64,000 bases of DNA. Origin: Eledone cirrhosa (taxonomy: Eukaryota). Both the position numbers and the translations under genes were made by a program. This document shows, in pieces, positions 52,301 to 64,000 of the stretch. Location: assembly GCA_964016885.1 (NCBI GenBank), contig OZ024745.1, forward strand, positions 13,392,001 through 13,456,000, given 5' to 3'. Under the pieces are notes generated by a model, which did no database searches, had not been told where the DNA came from, and saw nothing but the letters and a program-made list of their open reading frames with translations. Within the stretch, counting starts at the first letter, position 1; every line of letters begins with the position of its first letter.

Positions 52301-55300
52301 TGTATATATGTGTATAGGTGCAGGGTAGAGTGTATGTATGTGTATAGGTGCAGGGTAGAGTGTATGTATGTGTATAGATGCACAGGAGAGTGTATGTATG
52401 TGTATAGGTGCAGGGTAGAGTGTATGTATGTGTATAGGTGCAGGGGAGAGTGTATGTATGTGTATATGTGCAGGGTAGAGTGTATGTATGTGTATAGGTG
52501 CATGGGAGAGTGTATGTAGGTGTATATGTGCAGGGGAGAGTGTATGTATATGTATAGGTGCAGGGTAGAGTGTATGTATGTATATATGTGCAGGGTAGAG
52601 TGTATGTATGTGTATATGTGCAGGGTAGAGTGTATGTATGTGTATATGTGCATGGGAGAGTGTATGTATGTGTATAGGTGCAGGGGAGAGTCTATGTATG
52701 TGTATAGGTGCAGGGGAGAGTCTATGTATGTGTATAGGTGCAGAGTATAGTGTATGTATGTGTATAGGTGCAGGGTAGAGTGTATGTATGTGTATATGTG
52801 CAGGGGAGAGTGTATGTATGTGTATATGTGCAGGGGAGAGTGTATGTATGTGTATAGGTGCAGGGTAGAGTGTATGTATGTGTATATGTGCATGGGAGAG
52901 TGTATGTATGTGTATAGGTGCAGGGTAGAGTGTATCTATGTGTATAGGTGCAGGGTAGAGTGTATGTATATGTATAGGTGCAGGGTAGAGTGTATGTATG
53001 TGTATAGGTGCAGGGTAGTGTGTATGTATGTGTATAGGTGCAGGGTAGAGTGTATGTATGTGTATAGGTGCAGGGGAGAGTGTATGTATGTGTATAGGTG
53101 CAGGGTAGAGTGTATGTATATGTATAGGTGCAGGGTAGAGTGTATGTATGTGTATAGGTGCAGGGTAGTGTGTATGTATGTGTATAGGTGCAGGGGAGAG
53201 TGTATGTATGTGTATAGGTGCAGGGGAGAGTGTATGTATGTGTATAGGTGCAGGGTAGAGTGTATGTATATGTATAGGTGCAGGGTAGAGTGTATGTATG
53301 TGTATAGGTGCAGGGTAGTGTGTATGTATGTGTATAGGTGCAGGGTAGAGTGTATGTATGTGTATATGTGCATGGGAGAGTGTATGTATGTGTATAGGTG
53401 CAGGGTAGAGTGTATGTATGTGTATAGGTGCAGGGTAGAGTGTATCTATGTGTATAGGTGCAGGGTAGAGTGTATGTATATGTATAGGTGCAGGGTAGAG
53501 TGTATGTATGTGTATAGGTGCAGGGTAGAGTGTATGTATGTGTATAGGTGCAGGGTAGAGTGTATCTATGTGTATAGGTGCAGGGGAGAGTGTATGTATG
53601 TGTATATGTGCAGGGTAGAGTGTATGTATGTGTATATGTGCATGGGAGAGTGTATGCATGTTTATAGGTGCAGGGGAGAGTGTATGTATGTGTATAGGTG
53701 CAGGGGAGAGTGTATGTATGTGTATAGGTGCAGGGGAGAGTGTATGTATGTGTATAGGTGCAGAGGAGAGTGTATGTATGTGTATAGGTGCAGGGGAGAG
53801 TGTATGTATGTGTATAGGTGCAGGGGAGCGTGTATGTATGTGTATAGGTGCAGGGGAGTGTGTATGTATGTGTATATGTGCAGGGTAGAGTGTATGTATA
53901 TGTATAGGTGCAGGGTAGAGTGTATGTATGTGTATAGGTGCAGGGTAGAGTGTATGTATGTGTATAGGTGCAGGGTTGAGTGTATGTATGTGTATAGGTG
54001 CAGGGTAGAGTGTATGTATGTGTATAGGTGTAGGGTAGAGTGTATGTATGTGTATAGGTGCAGGGGAGAGTGTATGTATGTGTATAGGTGCAGGGGAGAG
54101 TGTATGTATGTGTATAGGTGCAGGGGAGAGTGTATGTATGTGTATAGGTGCAGGGGAGAGTGTATGTATGTGTATAGGTGCAGGGTTGAGTGTATGTATG
54201 TGTATAGGTGCAGGGTAGAGTGTATGTATGTGTATAGGTGCAGGGTAGAGTGTATGTATGTGTATAGGTGCAGGGTAGAGTGTATGTATGTGTATAGGTG
54301 CAGGGTAGAGTGTATGTATGTGTATAGGTGCAGGGTAGAGTGTATGTATGTGTATAGGTGCAGGGTTGAGTGTATGTATGTGTATAGGTGCAGGGTAGAG
54401 TGTATGTATGTGTATAGGTGCAGGTGAGTGTGTATGTATGTGTATATGTGCAGGGTAGAGTGTATGTATGTGTATAGGTGCAGGGTTGAGTGTATGTATG
54501 TGTATAGGTGCAGGGTAGAGTGTATGTATGTGTATAGGTGCAGGTGAGTGTGTATGTATGTGTATATGTGCAGGGGAGAGTGTATGTATGTGTATAGGTG
54601 CAGGGGAGAGTGTATGTATGTGTATAGGTGCAGGGGAGAGTGTATATATGTGTATAGGTGCAGGGTAGAGTGTATGTATGTGTATAGGTGCAGGGTAGAG
54701 TGTATGTATGTGTATAGGTGCAGGGGAGAGTGTATGTATGTGTATAGGTGCAGGGGAGAGTGTATGTATGTGTATAGGTGCAGGGTAGAGTGTATGTATG
54801 TGTATAGATGCAGGGGAGAGTGTATGTATGTGTATAGGTGCAGGGTAGAGTGTATGTATGTGTATAGGTGCAGGGGAGAGTGTATGTATGTGTATATGTG
54901 CAGGGTAGAGTGTATGTATGTGTATAGGTGCATGGGAGAGTGTATGTAGGTGTATATGTGCAGGGGAGAGTGTATGTATATGTATAGGTGCAGGGTAGAG
55001 TGTATGTATGTATATATGTGCAGGGTAGAGTGTATGTATGTGTATATGTGCAGGGTAGAGTGTATGTATGTGTATATGTGCATGGGAGAGTGTATGTATG
55101 TGTATAGGTGCAGGGGAGAGTCTATGTATGTGTATAGGTGCAGAGTATAGTGTATGTATGTGTATAGGTGCAGGGTAGAGTGTATGTATGTGTATAGGTG
55201 CAGGGGAGAGTGTATGTATGTGTATAGGTGCAGGGTAGAGTGTATGTATGTGTATAGGTGCAGGGTAGAGTGTATGTATGTGTATAGGTGCAGGGTAGAG

Positions 55301-58300
55301 TGTATGTATGTGTATAGGTGCAGGGGAGAGTGTTGTATGTGTATATGTGCATGGGAGAGTGTATGTATGTGTATAGGTGCAGGGTAGAGTGTATCTATGT
55401 GTATAGGTGCAGGGTAGAGTGTATGTATGTGTATAGGTGCAGGGTAGAGTGTATGTATGTGTATAAGTGCAGGGTAGAGTGTATGCATGTTTATAGGTGC
55501 AGGGGAGAGTGTATGTATGTGTATAGGTGCAGGGGAGAGTGTATGTATGTGTATAGGTGCAGGGGAGAGTGTATGTAAGTGTATATGTGCAGGGGAGAGT
55601 GTATGTATGTGTATAGGTGCAGGGGAGAGTGTATGTAAGTGTATAGATGTAGGGTAGAGTGTATGTAAGTGTATAGGTGCAGGGGAGAGTGTATGTATGT
55701 GTATAGGTGCAGGGTAGAGTGTATCTATGTGTATATGTGCAGGGTAGAGTGTATGTATGTGTATATGTGCAGGGGAGAGTGTATGTATGTGTATAGGTGC
55801 AGGGGAGAGTGTATGTATGTGTATAGGTGCAGGGGAGAGTGTATGTATGTGTATAGGTGCAGGGGAGTGTGTATGTATGTGTATAGGTGCAGAGTAGAGT
55901 GTATGTATGTGTATATGTGCAGGGGAGAGTGTATGTATGTGTATAGGTGCAGGGGAGAGTGTATGTATGTGTATAGGTGCAGGGAAGAGTGTATGTATGT
56001 GTATAGGTGCAGGGGAGAGTGTATGTAAGTGTATAGGTGCAGGGTAGAGTGTATGTATGTGTATAGGTGCAGGGTAGAGTGTATGTATGTGTATAGGTGC
56101 AGGGTAGAGTGTATGTATGTGTATAGGTGCAGGGTAGAGTGTATGTATGTGTATATGTGCAGGGTAGAGTGTATGTATGTGTATAGGTGCAGGGGAGAGT
56201 GTATGTATGTGTATAGGTGCAGGGTAGAGTGTATGTAAGTGTATAGGTGCAGGGTAGAGTGTATGTATGTGTATAGGTGCAGGGGAGAGTGTATGTATGT
56301 GTATATGTGCAGGGTAGAGTGTATGTATGTGTATAGGTGCAGGGGAGAGTGTATGTATGTGTATAGGTGCAGGGTAGAGTGTATGTATGTGTATAGGTGC
56401 AGGGTAGAGTGTATGTAAGTGTATAGGTGCAGGGTAGAGTGTATGTATGTGTATAGGTGCAGGGTAGAGTGTATGTATGTGTATAGGTGCAGGGGAGAGT
56501 GTATGTATGTGTATATGTGCAGGGTAGAGTGTATGTATGTGTATAGGTGCAGGGGAGAGTGTATGTATGTGTATAGGTGCAGGGTAGAGTGTATGTATGT
56601 GTATAGGTGCAGGGGAGAGTGTATGTATGTGTATATGTGCAGGGTAGAGTGTATGTATGTGTATAGGTGCAGGGGAGAGTGTATGTATGTGTATAGGTGC
56701 AGGGGAGAGTGTATGTATGTGTATATGTGCAGGGGAGAGTGTATGTATGTGTATAGGTGCAGGGGAGAGTGTATGTATGTGTATAGGTGCAGGGGAGAGT
56801 GTATGTATGTGTATAGGTGCAGGGGAGAGTGTATGTATGTGTATAGGTGCAGGGGAGAGTGTATGTATGTGTATAGGTGCAGGAGAGAGTGTATGTATGT
56901 GTATAGGTGCAGGGGAGTGTGTATGTATGTGTATAGGTGCAGAGTAGAGTGTATGTATGTGTATATGTGCAGGGGAGAGTGTATGTATGTGTATAGGTGC
57001 AGGGGAGAGTGTATGTATGTGTATAGGTGCAGGGTTGAGTGTATGTATGTGTATAGGTGCAGGAGAGAGTGTATGTATGTGTATAGGTGCAGGGTAGAGT
57101 GTATGTATGTGTATAGGTGCAGGGTAGAGTGTATGTATGTGTATAGGTGCAGGGGAGAGTGTATGTATGTGTATATGTGCAGGGGAGAGTGTATGTATGT
57201 GTATAGGTGCAGGGTAGAGTGTATGTATGTGTATAGGTGCAGGGTAGAGTGTATGTATGTGTATAGGTGCAGGTGAGTGTGTATGTATGTGTATATGTGC
57301 AGGAGAGAGTGTATATATGTGTATAGGTGCAGGGTAGAGTGTATGTATGTGTATAGGTGCAGGGTAGAGTGTATGTATGTGTATAGGTGCAGGGTAGAGT
57401 GTATGTATGTGTATAGGTGCAGGAGAGAGTGTATGTATGTGTATAGGTGCAGGGTAGAGTGTATGTATGTGTATAGGTGCAGGGGAGAGTGTATGTATGT
57501 GTATAGGTGCAGGGGAGAGTGTATGTATGTGTATAGGTGCAGGGGAGAGTGTATGTATGTGTATAGGTGCAGGGTAGAGTGTATGTATGTGTATAGGTGC
57601 AGGTGAGTGTGTATGTATGTGTATATGTGCAGGAGAGAGTGTATATATGTGTATAGGTGCAGGGTAGAGTGTATGTATGTGTATAGGTGCAGGGTAGAGT
57701 GTATGTATGTGTATAGGTGCAGGGTAGAGTGTATGTATGTGTATAGGTGCAGGAGAGAGTGTATGTATGTGTATAGGTGCAGGGTAGAGTGTATGTATGT
57801 GTATAGGTGCAGGGTAGAGTGTATGTATGTGTATAGGTGCAGGGGAGAGTGTATGTATGTGTATAGGTGCAGGGGAGAGTGTATGTATGTGTATAGGTGC
57901 AGGGTAGAGTGTATGTATGTGTATAGGTGCAGGGTAGAGTGTATGTATGTGTATAGGTGCAGGGGAGAGTGTATGTATGTGTATAGGTGCAGGGTAGAGT
58001 GTATGTATGTGTATAGGTACAGGGTAGAGTGTATGTATGTGTATAGGTGCAGGGTAGAGTGTATGTATGTGTATAGGTGCAGGGTTGAGTGTATGTATGT
58101 GTATAGGTGCAGGGTAGAGTGTATGTATGTGTATAGGTGCAGGTGAGTGTGTATGTATGTGTATATGTGCAGGGGAGAGTGTATGTATGTGTATAGGTGC
58201 AGGGGAGAGTGTATGTATGTGTATAGGTGCAGGGGAGAGTGTATATATGTGTATAGGTGCAGGGTAGAGTGTATGTATGTGTATAGGTGCAGGGTAGAGT

Positions 58301-61300
58301 GTATGTATGTGTATAGATGCACAGGAGAGTGTATGTATGTGTATAGGTGCAGGGTAGAGTGTATGTATGTGTATAGGTGCAGGGGAGAGTGTATGTATGT
58401 GTATATGTGCAGGGTAGAGTGTATGTATGTGTATAGGTGCATGGGAGAGTGTATGTAGGTGTATATGTGCAGGGGAGAGTGTATGTATATGTATAGGTGC
58501 AGGGTAGAGTGTATGTATGTATATATGTGCAGGGTAGAGTGTATGTATGTGTATATGTGCAGGGTAGAGTGTATGTATGTGTATATGTGCATGGGAGAGT
58601 GTATGTATGTGTATAGGTGCAGGGGAGAGTCTATGTATGTGTATAGGTGCAGGGGAGAGTCTATGTATGTGTATAGGTGCAGAGTATAGTGTATGTATGT
58701 GTATAGGTGCAGGGTAGAGTGTATGTATGTGTATATGTGCAGGGGAGAGTGTATGTATGTGTATATGTGCAGGGGAGAGTGTATGTATGTGTATAGGTGC
58801 AGGGTAGAGTGTATGTATGTGTATAGGTGCAGGGTAGAGTGTATGTATGTGTATATGTGCATGGGAGAGTGTATGTATGTGTATAGGTGCAGGGTAGAGT
58901 GTATCTATGTGTATAGGTGCAGGGTAGAGTGTATGTATATGTATAGGTGCAGGGTAGAGTGTATGTATGTGTATAGGTGCAGGGTAGTGTGTATGTATGT
59001 GTATAGGTGCAGGGTAGAGTGTATGTATGTGTATATGTGCATGGGAGAGTGTATGTATGTGTATAGGTGCAGGGTAGAGTGTATCTATGTGTATAGGTGC
59101 AGGGTAGAGTGTATGTATATGTATAGGTGCAGGGTAGAGTGTATGTATGTGTATAGGTGCAGGGTAGAGTGTATGTATATGTATAGGTGCAGGGTAGAGT
59201 GTATGTATGTGTATAGGTGCAGGGTAGTGTGTATGTATGTGTATAGGTGCAGGGTAGAGTGTATGTATGTGTATATGTGCATGGGAGAGTGTATGTATGT
59301 GTATAGGTGCAGGGTAGAGTGTATGTATGTGTATAGGTGCAGGGTAGAGTGTATCTATGTGTATAGGTGCAGGGTAGAGTGTATGTATATGTATAGGTGC
59401 AGGGTAGAGTGTATGTATGTGTATAGGTGCAGGGTAGAGTGTATGTATGTGTATAGGTGCAGGGTAGAGTGTATCTATGTGTATAGGTGCAGGGGAGAGT
59501 GTATGTATGTGTATATGTGCAGGGTAGAGTGTATGTATGTGTATATGTGCATGGGAGAGTGTATGCATGTTTATAGGTGCAGGGGAGAGTGTATGTATGT
59601 GTATAGGTGCAGGGGAGAGTGTATGTATGTGTATAGGTGCAGGGGAGAGTGTATGTATGTGTATAGGTGCAGAGGAGAGTGTATGTATGTGTATAGGTGC
59701 AGGGGAGAGTGTATGTATGTGTATAGGTGCAGGGGAGCGTGTATGTATGTGTATAGGTGCAGGGGAGTGTGTATGTATGTGTATATGTGCAGGGTAGAGT
59801 GTATGTATATGTATAGGTGCAGGGTAGAGTGTATGTATGTGTATAGGTGCAGGGTAGAGTGTATGTATGTGTATAGGTGCAGGGTTGAGTGTATGTATGT
59901 GTATAGGTGCAGGGTAGAGTGTATGTATGTGTATAGGTGTAGGGTAGAGTGTATGTATGTGTATAGGTGCAGGGGAGAGTGTATGTATGTGTATAGGTGC
60001 AGGGGAGAGTGTATGTATGTGTATAGGTGCAGGGGAGAGTGTATGTATGTGTATAGGTGCAGGGGAGAGTGTATGTATGTGTATAGGTGCAGGGTTGAGT
60101 GTATGTATGTGTATAGGTGCAGGGTAGAGTGTATGTATGTGTATAGGTGCAGGGTAGAGTGTATGTATGTGTATAGGTGCAGGGTAGAGTGTATGTATGT
60201 GTATAGGTGCAGGGTAGAGTGTATGTATGTGTATAGGTGCAGGGTAGAGTGTATGTATGTGTATAGGTGCAGGGTTGAGTGTATGTATGTGTATAGGTGC
60301 AGGGTAGAGTGTATGTATGTGTATAGGTGCAGGTGAGTGTGTATGTATGTGTATATGTGCAGGGTAGAGTGTATGTATGTGTATAGGTGCAGGGTTGAGT
60401 GTATGTATGTGTATAGGTGCAGGGTAGAGTGTATGTATGTGTATAGGTGCAGGTGAGTGTGTATGTATGTGTATATGTGCAGGGGAGAGTGTATGTATGT
60501 GTATAGGTGCAGGGGAGAGTGTATGTATGTGTATAGGTGCAGGGGAGAGTGTATATATGTGTATAGGTGCAGGGTAGAGTGTATGTATGTGTATAGGTGC
60601 AGGGTAGAGTGTATGTATGTGTATAGGTGCAGGGGAGAGTGTATGTATGTGTATAGGTGCAGGGGAGAGTGTATGTATGTGTATAGGTGCAGGGTAGAGT
60701 GTATGTATGTGTATAGATGCAGGGGAGAGTGTATGTATGTGTATAGGTGCAGGGTAGAGTGTATGTATGTGTATAGGTGCAGGGGAGAGTGTATGTATGT
60801 GTATATGTGCAGGGTAGAGTGTATGTATGTGTATAGGTGCATGGGAGAGTGTATGTAGGTGTATATGTGCAGGGGAGAGTGTATGTATATGTATAGGTGC
60901 AGGGTAGAGTGTATGTATGTATATATGTGCAGGGTAGAGTGTATGTATGTGTATATGTGCAGGGTAGAGTGTATGTATGTGTATATGTGCATGGGAGAGT
61001 GTATGTATGTGTATAGGTGCAGGGGAGAGTCTATGTATGTGTATAGGTGCAGAGTATAGTGTATGTATGTGTATAGGTGCAGGGTAGAGTGTATGTATGT
61101 GTATAGGTGCAGGGGAGAGTGTATGTATGTGTATAGGTGCAGGGTAGAGTGTATGTATGTGTATAGGTGCAGGGTAGAGTGTATGTATGTGTATAGGTGC
61201 AGGGTAGAGTGTATGTATGTGTATAGGTGCAGGGGAGAGTGTTGTATGTGTATATGTGCATGGGAGAGTGTATGTATGTGTATAGGTGCAGGGTAGAGTG

Positions 61301-64000
61301 TATCTATGTGTATAGGTGCAGGGTAGAGTGTATGTATGTGTATAGGTGCAGGGTAGAGTGTATGTATGTGTATAAGTGCAGGGAAGAGTGTATGCATGTT
61401 TATAGGTGCAGGGGAGAGTGTATGTATGTGTATAGGTGCAGGGGAGAGTGTATGTATGTGTATAGGTGCAGGGGAGAGTGTATGTAAGTGTATATGTGCA
61501 GGGGAGAGTGTATGTATGTGTATAGGTGCAGGGGAGAGTGTATGTAAGTGTATAGATGTAGGGTAGAGTGTATGTATGTGTATATGTGCAGGGGAGAGTG
61601 TATGTATGTGTATAGGTGCAGGGGAGAGTGTATGTATGTGTATAGGTGCAGGGAAGAGTGTATGTATGTGTATAGGTGCAGGGGAGAGTGTATGTAAGTG
61701 TATAGGTGCAGGGGAGAGTGTATGTATGTGTATAGGTGCAGGGTAGAGTGTATCTATGTGTATATGTGCAGGGTAGAGTGTATGTATGTGTATATGTGCA
61801 GGGGAGAGTGTATGTATGTGTATAGGTGCAGGGGAGAGTGTATGTATGTGTATAGGTGCAGGGGAGAGTGTATGTATGTGTATAGGTGCAGGGTAGAGTG
61901 TATGTATGTGTATAGGTGCAGGGGAGAGTGTATGTATGTGTATATGTGCAGGGTAGAGTGTATGTATGTGCATAGGTGCAGGGTAGAGTGTATGTATGTG
62001 TATATATGCAGGGGAGAGTGTATGTATGGGTATATGGGCAGGGGAGAGTGTATGTATGTGTATAGGTGCAGGGTAGAGTGTATGTATGTGTATAGGTGCA
62101 GTGTAGAGTGTATGTATGTGTATAGGTGCAGGCGAGGGTGTATGTATGTGTATAGGTGCAGGGGAGAGTGTATGTATGTGTATAGGTGCAGGGGAGAGTG
62201 TATGTATGTGTATAGATGCAGGGTAGAGTGTATGTATGTGTATAGGTGCAGGGGATAGTGTATGTATGTGTATAGGTGCAGGGTAGAGTGTATGTATGTG
62301 TATAGGTGCAGAGTAGAGTGTATGTATGTGTATATGTGCAGGGGAGAGTGTATGTATGTGTATATGTGCAGGGGAGAGTGTATGTATGTGTATAGGTGCA
62401 GGGGAGAGTGTATGTATGTGTATAGGTGCAGGGGAGAGTGTATGTATGTGTATAGGTGCAGGGTAGAGTGTATGTATGTGTATATGTGCAGGGTAGTGTG
62501 TATGTATGTGTATAGATGCAGGGGAGAGTGTATGTATGTGTATAGCTGCAGGGTAGAGTGTATGTATGTGTATAGGTGCAGGGGAGAGTGTATGTATGTG
62601 TATAGCTGCAGGGTAGAGTGTATGTATGTGTATATGTGCAGGGTAGTGTGTATGTATGTGTATAGATGCAGGGGAGAGTGTATGTATGTGTATAGGTGCA
62701 GGGGAGAGTGTATGTATGTATATAGGTGCAGGGGAGAGTGTATGTATGTGTATAGCTGCAGGGTAGAGTGTATGTATGTGTATAGGTGCAGGGGAGAGTG
62801 TATGTATGTATATAGGTGCAGGGGAGAGTGTATGTATGTGTATAGCTGCAGGGTAGAGTGTATGTATGTGTATAGCTGCAGGGTAGAGTGTATGTATGTG
62901 TATATGTGCAGGGTAGTGTGTATGTATGTGTATAGATGCAGGGGAGAGTGTATGTATGTGTATAGGTGCAGGGGAGAGTGTATGTATGTATATAGGTGCA
63001 GGGGAGAGTGTATGTATGTGTATAGCTGCAGGGTAGAGTGTATGTATGTGTATATGTGCAGGGTAGTGTGTATGTATGTGTATAGATGCAGGGGAGAGTG
63101 TATGTAAGTGTATAGGTGCAGGGTAGAGTGTATGTATGTGTATAGGTGCAGGGTAGAGTGTATGTATGTGTATATGTGCAGGGGTGAGTGTATGTATGTG
63201 TATAGGTGCAGAGGAGAGTGTATGTATGTGTATAGGTGCAGGGTAGAGTGTATGTAAGTGTATAGGTGCAGGGTAGAGTGTATGTATGTGTATAGGTGCA
63301 GGAGAGAGTGTATGTATGTGTATAGGTGCAGGGGAGAGTGTATGTATGTGTATATGTGCAGGGGAGAGTGTATGTATGTGTATATGTGCAGGGGAGAGTG
63401 TATGTATGTGTATATGTGCAGGGGAGAGTGTATGTATGTGTATAGGTGCAGGGTAGAGTGTATGTATATGTATAGGTGCAGGGTAGAGTGTATGTAAGTG
63501 TATAGGTGCAGGGTAGAGTGTATGTATGTGTATAGGTGCAGGGGAGAGTGTATGTAAGTGTATAGGTGCAGGGTAGAGTGTATGTATGTGTATAGGTGCA
63601 GGGGAGAGTGTATGTATGTGTATAGGTGCAGGGTAGAGTGTATGTATGTGTATAGGTGCAGGGGAGAGTGTATGTATGTGTATAGGTGCAGGGTAGAGTG
63701 TATGTAAGTGTATAGGTGCAGGGTAGAGTGTATGTATGTGTATAGGTGCAGGGGAGAGTGTATGTAAGTGTATAGGTGCAGGGTAGAGTGTATGTATGTG
63801 TATAGGTGCAGGGGAGAGTGTATGTATGTGTATAGGTGCAGGGTAGAGTGTATGTAAGTGTATAGGTGCAGGGTAGAGTGTATGTATGTGTATAGGTGCA
63901 GGGGAGAGTGTATGTATGTGTATAGGTGCAGGGTAGAGTGTATGTAAGTGTATAGGTGCAGGGTAGAGTGTATGTATGTGTATAGGTGCAGGGGAGAGTG
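40376..64000. repeat. 30-bp satellite array, at least 23.6 kb (~790 units), continuing past the window end
   Basis: Consensus AGAGTGTATGTATGTGTATAGGTGCAGGGK; source of the YVYRCRVECM / PAPIHIHTL ORFs. Confidence 0.98.

Noticed and set aside
40388-63497. ORFs up to 1989 aa (PAPIHIHTL / YVYRCRVECM repeats)
   Set aside because: Translations of the 30-bp satellite; multiple overlapping frames are open, with sporadic stops and frameshifts and no sign of codon-level selection.

Overview
Repeat-dominated, AT-rich animal genomic DNA with no intact protein-coding gene that I can name. The SINE families and microsatellite load resemble octopus or another cephalopod (inference). Two satellites take up about 60% of the window: a 24-bp array (~10.0-25.1 kb) and a 30-bp array (40.4 kb to the window end). 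Both show kilobase-scale higher-order duplications. Nearly all long ORFs in the track are artefacts of these arrays or of microsatellites. The only clear coding relic is a 5'-truncated, internally deleted and frameshifted Tx1/L1-clade LINE (34.4-36.4 kb). The remaining sequence is a patchwork of tRNA-derived SINEs, Helitron-like and mariner-like non-autonomous elements, and two RTE-like 5' UTR copies. The most notable signal is a dense set of type I hammerhead ribozyme (HHR) motifs: 3 with intact cores, 4 with single core changes and 5 half-motifs. They sit in short non-coding units among (TA)n tracts at 2-9 kb and 37.9-39.9 kb, consistent with Penelope-like/retrozyme elements. Both HHR clusters coincide with local inverted or templated duplications. 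A few small minus-strand exon candidates, including a 10-nt microexon, suggest the window may be intronic to a host gene (low confidence).
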